From Basidiobolus meristosporus CBS 931.73 (lineage: Eukaryota > Fungi > Basidiobolomycota), in contig MCFE01000380.1 in the NCBI GenBank assembly GCA_002104905.1, positions 1 to 64,000 on the forward strand: a stretch of 64,000 nucleotides of DNA. Direction: 5' to 3'. Shown piece after piece: positions 60,856 through 64,000 of this stretch. The position numbers were made by a program, and so were the translations under genes. The notes under the pieces were generated by a model. The model worked only from the letters and a program-made list of their open reading frames with translations. It was not told the origin of the DNA and made no database searches. The stretch's first letter is position 1. Each line of letters opens with the position of its first letter.

Positions 60856-63692
60856 TCAATACAGGCTCTTTAGGCGATTGTTCTCCTCACGTAACCGCTT
60901 CAGTTCTTCTTCCATCTTTTGATGTTGACCTACTTGAATCTGAAGCCAATCCTCGCGCATCTCTTCCTGTTGGTTTAGAGCAAATAATTGTAGCAGTGTC
61001 AACAATGGTGGTTGGTAAGCAATTGTTAAACTGTCAAAAGGTCATCTTGCCTGGTGAATAAACATCTGTCGAACCATCTCCAATTGCATCGTCTTTAGCT
61101 CTTCTCGTATCGACACTTGTGCCTCAGTAATATATTCTCGAAGACATTCCTGTACCACCTGTTGAACCACTTGTACTTGCTTATCTGTAAAATGGCTAGT
61201 TGCTTCGCCAGATTCTCGATGCGACAGATAGCCATTTAGTCGAGAGGAAATTTCTGACGTGTTACGGCCGTGGGGGTTAAGAAATCCACCAGAAATACTG
61301 CGTGTGGTAGATAATTTCCCACTGCTATCCGGCACCTACGAGCATTGTTGTGTTGGAAAAAGATTGTACAATATTGGCGAGTTATCGTAGAGTAGTTTAC
61401 CTCGTTGAACATCTTCGTGGGAGAGTACGGGCTTTTAAGGTTGCCAGGGATACTGTTGCCAATACCTCTTGGGGTGCTTAGCGAGCCAACTGGTGTGCTG
61501 CACAAAGCGTCAGTGTGCTGGGAGATGTTCGTTGGTGTTGCAGGGCCACCGGTTGCGGATATACTTCTCAGACGTGGTTCATCATCACTATTCATTAGCT
61601 CATTGGCATAGCTACTTCCAGCTACTATCATTGATTTAGGCCGAGTTCGTTGACGGGAGCCATTACTGCGAGCGGACAAAGGTGTTATGCTGGGCGACCT
61701 CAATGATTCTACTGAGCAATGAAATGAGCGTCAGTGGTGATATAATAGTAATTTCGAGTTGCTACCGTACCTAGATGCTTGTCACGCGTGGGTGAGTACC
61801 CAATCGGACTGTCCATAGTGAATCTACGTGTCTCGGGTGACAAAGACTCATCTAAGAAGGGGGTTAAATTGCCTGTTGCAAAGTAAGTTAGGCATATTGA
61901 TCAATCTTTACCTAGTCGATACGTAGGCTTCATCTGAAACCTTGATTCATCGATCGTAGAATCTAGATCTTCTGCACCCGGCAAAGAGGGACCCTTTCGG
62001 TGGCGAGCTTTGGATATTGGAGATTAGTGCCATATGCTTGATGTACAAGTTAACAATGGGTGCTCACACTCATGAAGCAAAGACATTGAGGCAAAATCCA
62101 CACTTGGTGAATCAAATAAAGGGCTGTCAAGTGGGTTGTTTCTGAGAACGCTGGAGCGCATAGTGTTGCCTGTAATTCTGGCGATACCAGGATTTCTTTT
62201 CATGGTTGGTGTTTTGATTGAAATCCCAGGCTAGAGCAGTTAGATCAGTATGTGATACGCAGAGTATGTGTTTTCGGTAGTGATTACCTGATATAAGATA
62301 CATTTGATGCGATCTCCTTCTATTTGAGTCGTTTTGATGGGCTCCTTGAGGTCTAGTTTATAAGCGAATATGACTCCTACGAGCACAACATCTGAGTATT
62401 TTGTTTCGGATCTCTTGTATTTGATTGTAGACTCACCCTGATTTGTGCCAACAAGAAAAATAGGGGATTCGGCTGTGCATGCCAAAGTGGTTAGTGGAGC
62501 CGGTGCCGTCCAAGTTCGAACAGACCTACACCAACGAGTAGAATTGCATTCAACGTTAATTCAACCACAGCCACATGGATGCTAATGAAGACATTACCGT
62601 TTGCGTTCAACGTCGAAGACAAAAATCTTTCTATCTAAGCCAACTGAACATAACATCATATGGTTGAATGGAGAGAATTGGAGGCCAGTGACTGGCGCAC
62701 GATGAACACCACGTTCGATGTGTACTGTTCGTGGAAGTTCCTGAGTGTTCCAAAAATACAAGTGCCCATCATCTCCCGCCGCTACTAAATGATGTCGCTT
62801 GGCAGAAAACTCGAGGTGAACTAGGCGCTATATACATACGAGTCAATTGATATTTATGGGATCCACTCAAGAAACTAGCAAGGAGCTACCTCTGGTGCCT
62901 CATGGACAAGTTTTGTTGACGTGTTTTTCATCAAATTATGAAGAAAGAGAGCATTATCAGTATCTAATGATGCTAAGAAATTTTCATCCCCATTGATGGA
63001 TATCTCTGTGATTGAGCCATGATGCACTTGCTGCATTCAACAAATGTGTTAGGTGTCAAGCCAAACGAATTGTGAAATTGTGTAGTACCTCGATTTTGTC
63101 TACAAATTCATACGAGTTGCAGTCTAGACAGCGTAGAATACCAGAGCTTCCTCCCATCCAAAGGCGACCAGAACGTGGAGCAAATCGAATCACCTCAACA
63201 TCCTCTTGCAACTAGATACATGCAATGAGATTGCTGGCTGGGTAATCAATCAATATGTTACCATTAGCTTTACCTGCTGTTTATCCCATTGCTCCAATAA
63301 TACATAGTTATCACCATCTTGACGGTACAGTGATATGGTATGCTGAACATCTAAAACGGCAAGGATTGAGTCTATGAAGCAACGAAGTTATGGAACTTTT
63401 AGAGAAGACAGGGAGGCAGAAGATACAATGTTCAACTCTTTTCAAAAAAGATACTCTCCGAACTCCAGCATATTGATTTCGCTTCAGCATATAATGGCAA
63501 CGAGTTTGTCAGGTCCATCTCTGATGCCTGATTCCACCAGGAAATATCACTCTTAGAGCCTGTTTCAGGGACCGCAAAACGGTAGGTCGTCAGTGATTTT
63601 GAGCTGACAATCAACGAACCGCGAGTGTATGAGCTGATGCTTTTTGAGGTGTTCATGCTAGGCGTATTTAAATTTGAATGGAGCCTTGACAT
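60856..63692 (-). CDS. NEDD1: NEDD1/GCP-WD-like WD40 protein, many exons
   Basis: WD repeats AAGDDGHLYFW, HRAPVTGLQFSPFNHMMLCSVGLDRKIFVFD, PLTTL..GTNQGVIFAY; Ser/Thr-rich linker; C-terminal QVVQECLREY..TMQLEMVRQMFIHQ..LKRLREENNRLKSLY*; start exon tentative. Confidence 0.8.
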
Positions 63693-64000
63693 CGATATCG
63701 CGAAAAGCTGTTTCTATAAGTGTCTGCTGGTGTTTGTGCTCGAAATGTAAAAAAGTCCTGCTAGAGCAAATGATCGAGGTTGGAATGTGGAGGTCAACTC
63801 TTGTCGAGTAAATTCACTGGCTATTGTGAGTGAGTACGTGTGAAGCTTATTAGAGGGTAACAAAGAAAGGACATGCACGTCACACTAGTTACCTGAGATC
63901 GTTCTATGAAGCTGACGGATCTTTAAAGTGACACTAGTAATAGGCTTGGGATTAAATCGGCGTGTTTATGTTATCTTGAGCATACAAATTCAACACATTT

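Overview
Gene-dense eukaryotic window from an intron-bearing fungus (short GT-AG introns with CTAAC branch sites, velvet gene, AA5 oxidase). Retention of a NEDD1-like gene, a 7TM-RGS gene and an AT-AC intron suggests an early-diverging lineage such as Zoopagomycota/Mucoromycota; this taxon call is inference. 1-4.4 kb is a CpG-eroded nest of Ty1/copia and Ty3/gypsy remnants with a ~223-bp tandem array. 6.9-12.1 kb holds two nucleotide-sugar transporter paralogs whose middles are almost identical. 12.7-45.3 kb is a compact housekeeping core: DGK1, HSP20, IWR1, TFB1, RPL39, GIR2, xylose reductase, PUF6, MRPL19, RFA1, ERF2, RIO1, CDC25, BUD32, RPC17, RPL9, MPDU1 and kinesin-5. It is interrupted by an apparently intact intron-containing piggyBac-like transposon. 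45.4-60.6 kb is looser and accessory-like: 7TM-RGS, C2H2 factor, Cys-rich membrane orphan, glyoxal oxidase, velvet-only gene and a bacterial-type NmrA reductase. The window ends with a NEDD1/GCP-WD-like gene. Best leads: a textbook U12-type AT-AC intron in ERF2, the piggyBac-like element, the NEDD1-like gene, the homogenised transporter pair, the 7TM-RGS and the candidate horizontally acquired NmrA gene. No rRNA, tRNA or CRISPR array was recognised. Exon boundaries were read by eye.
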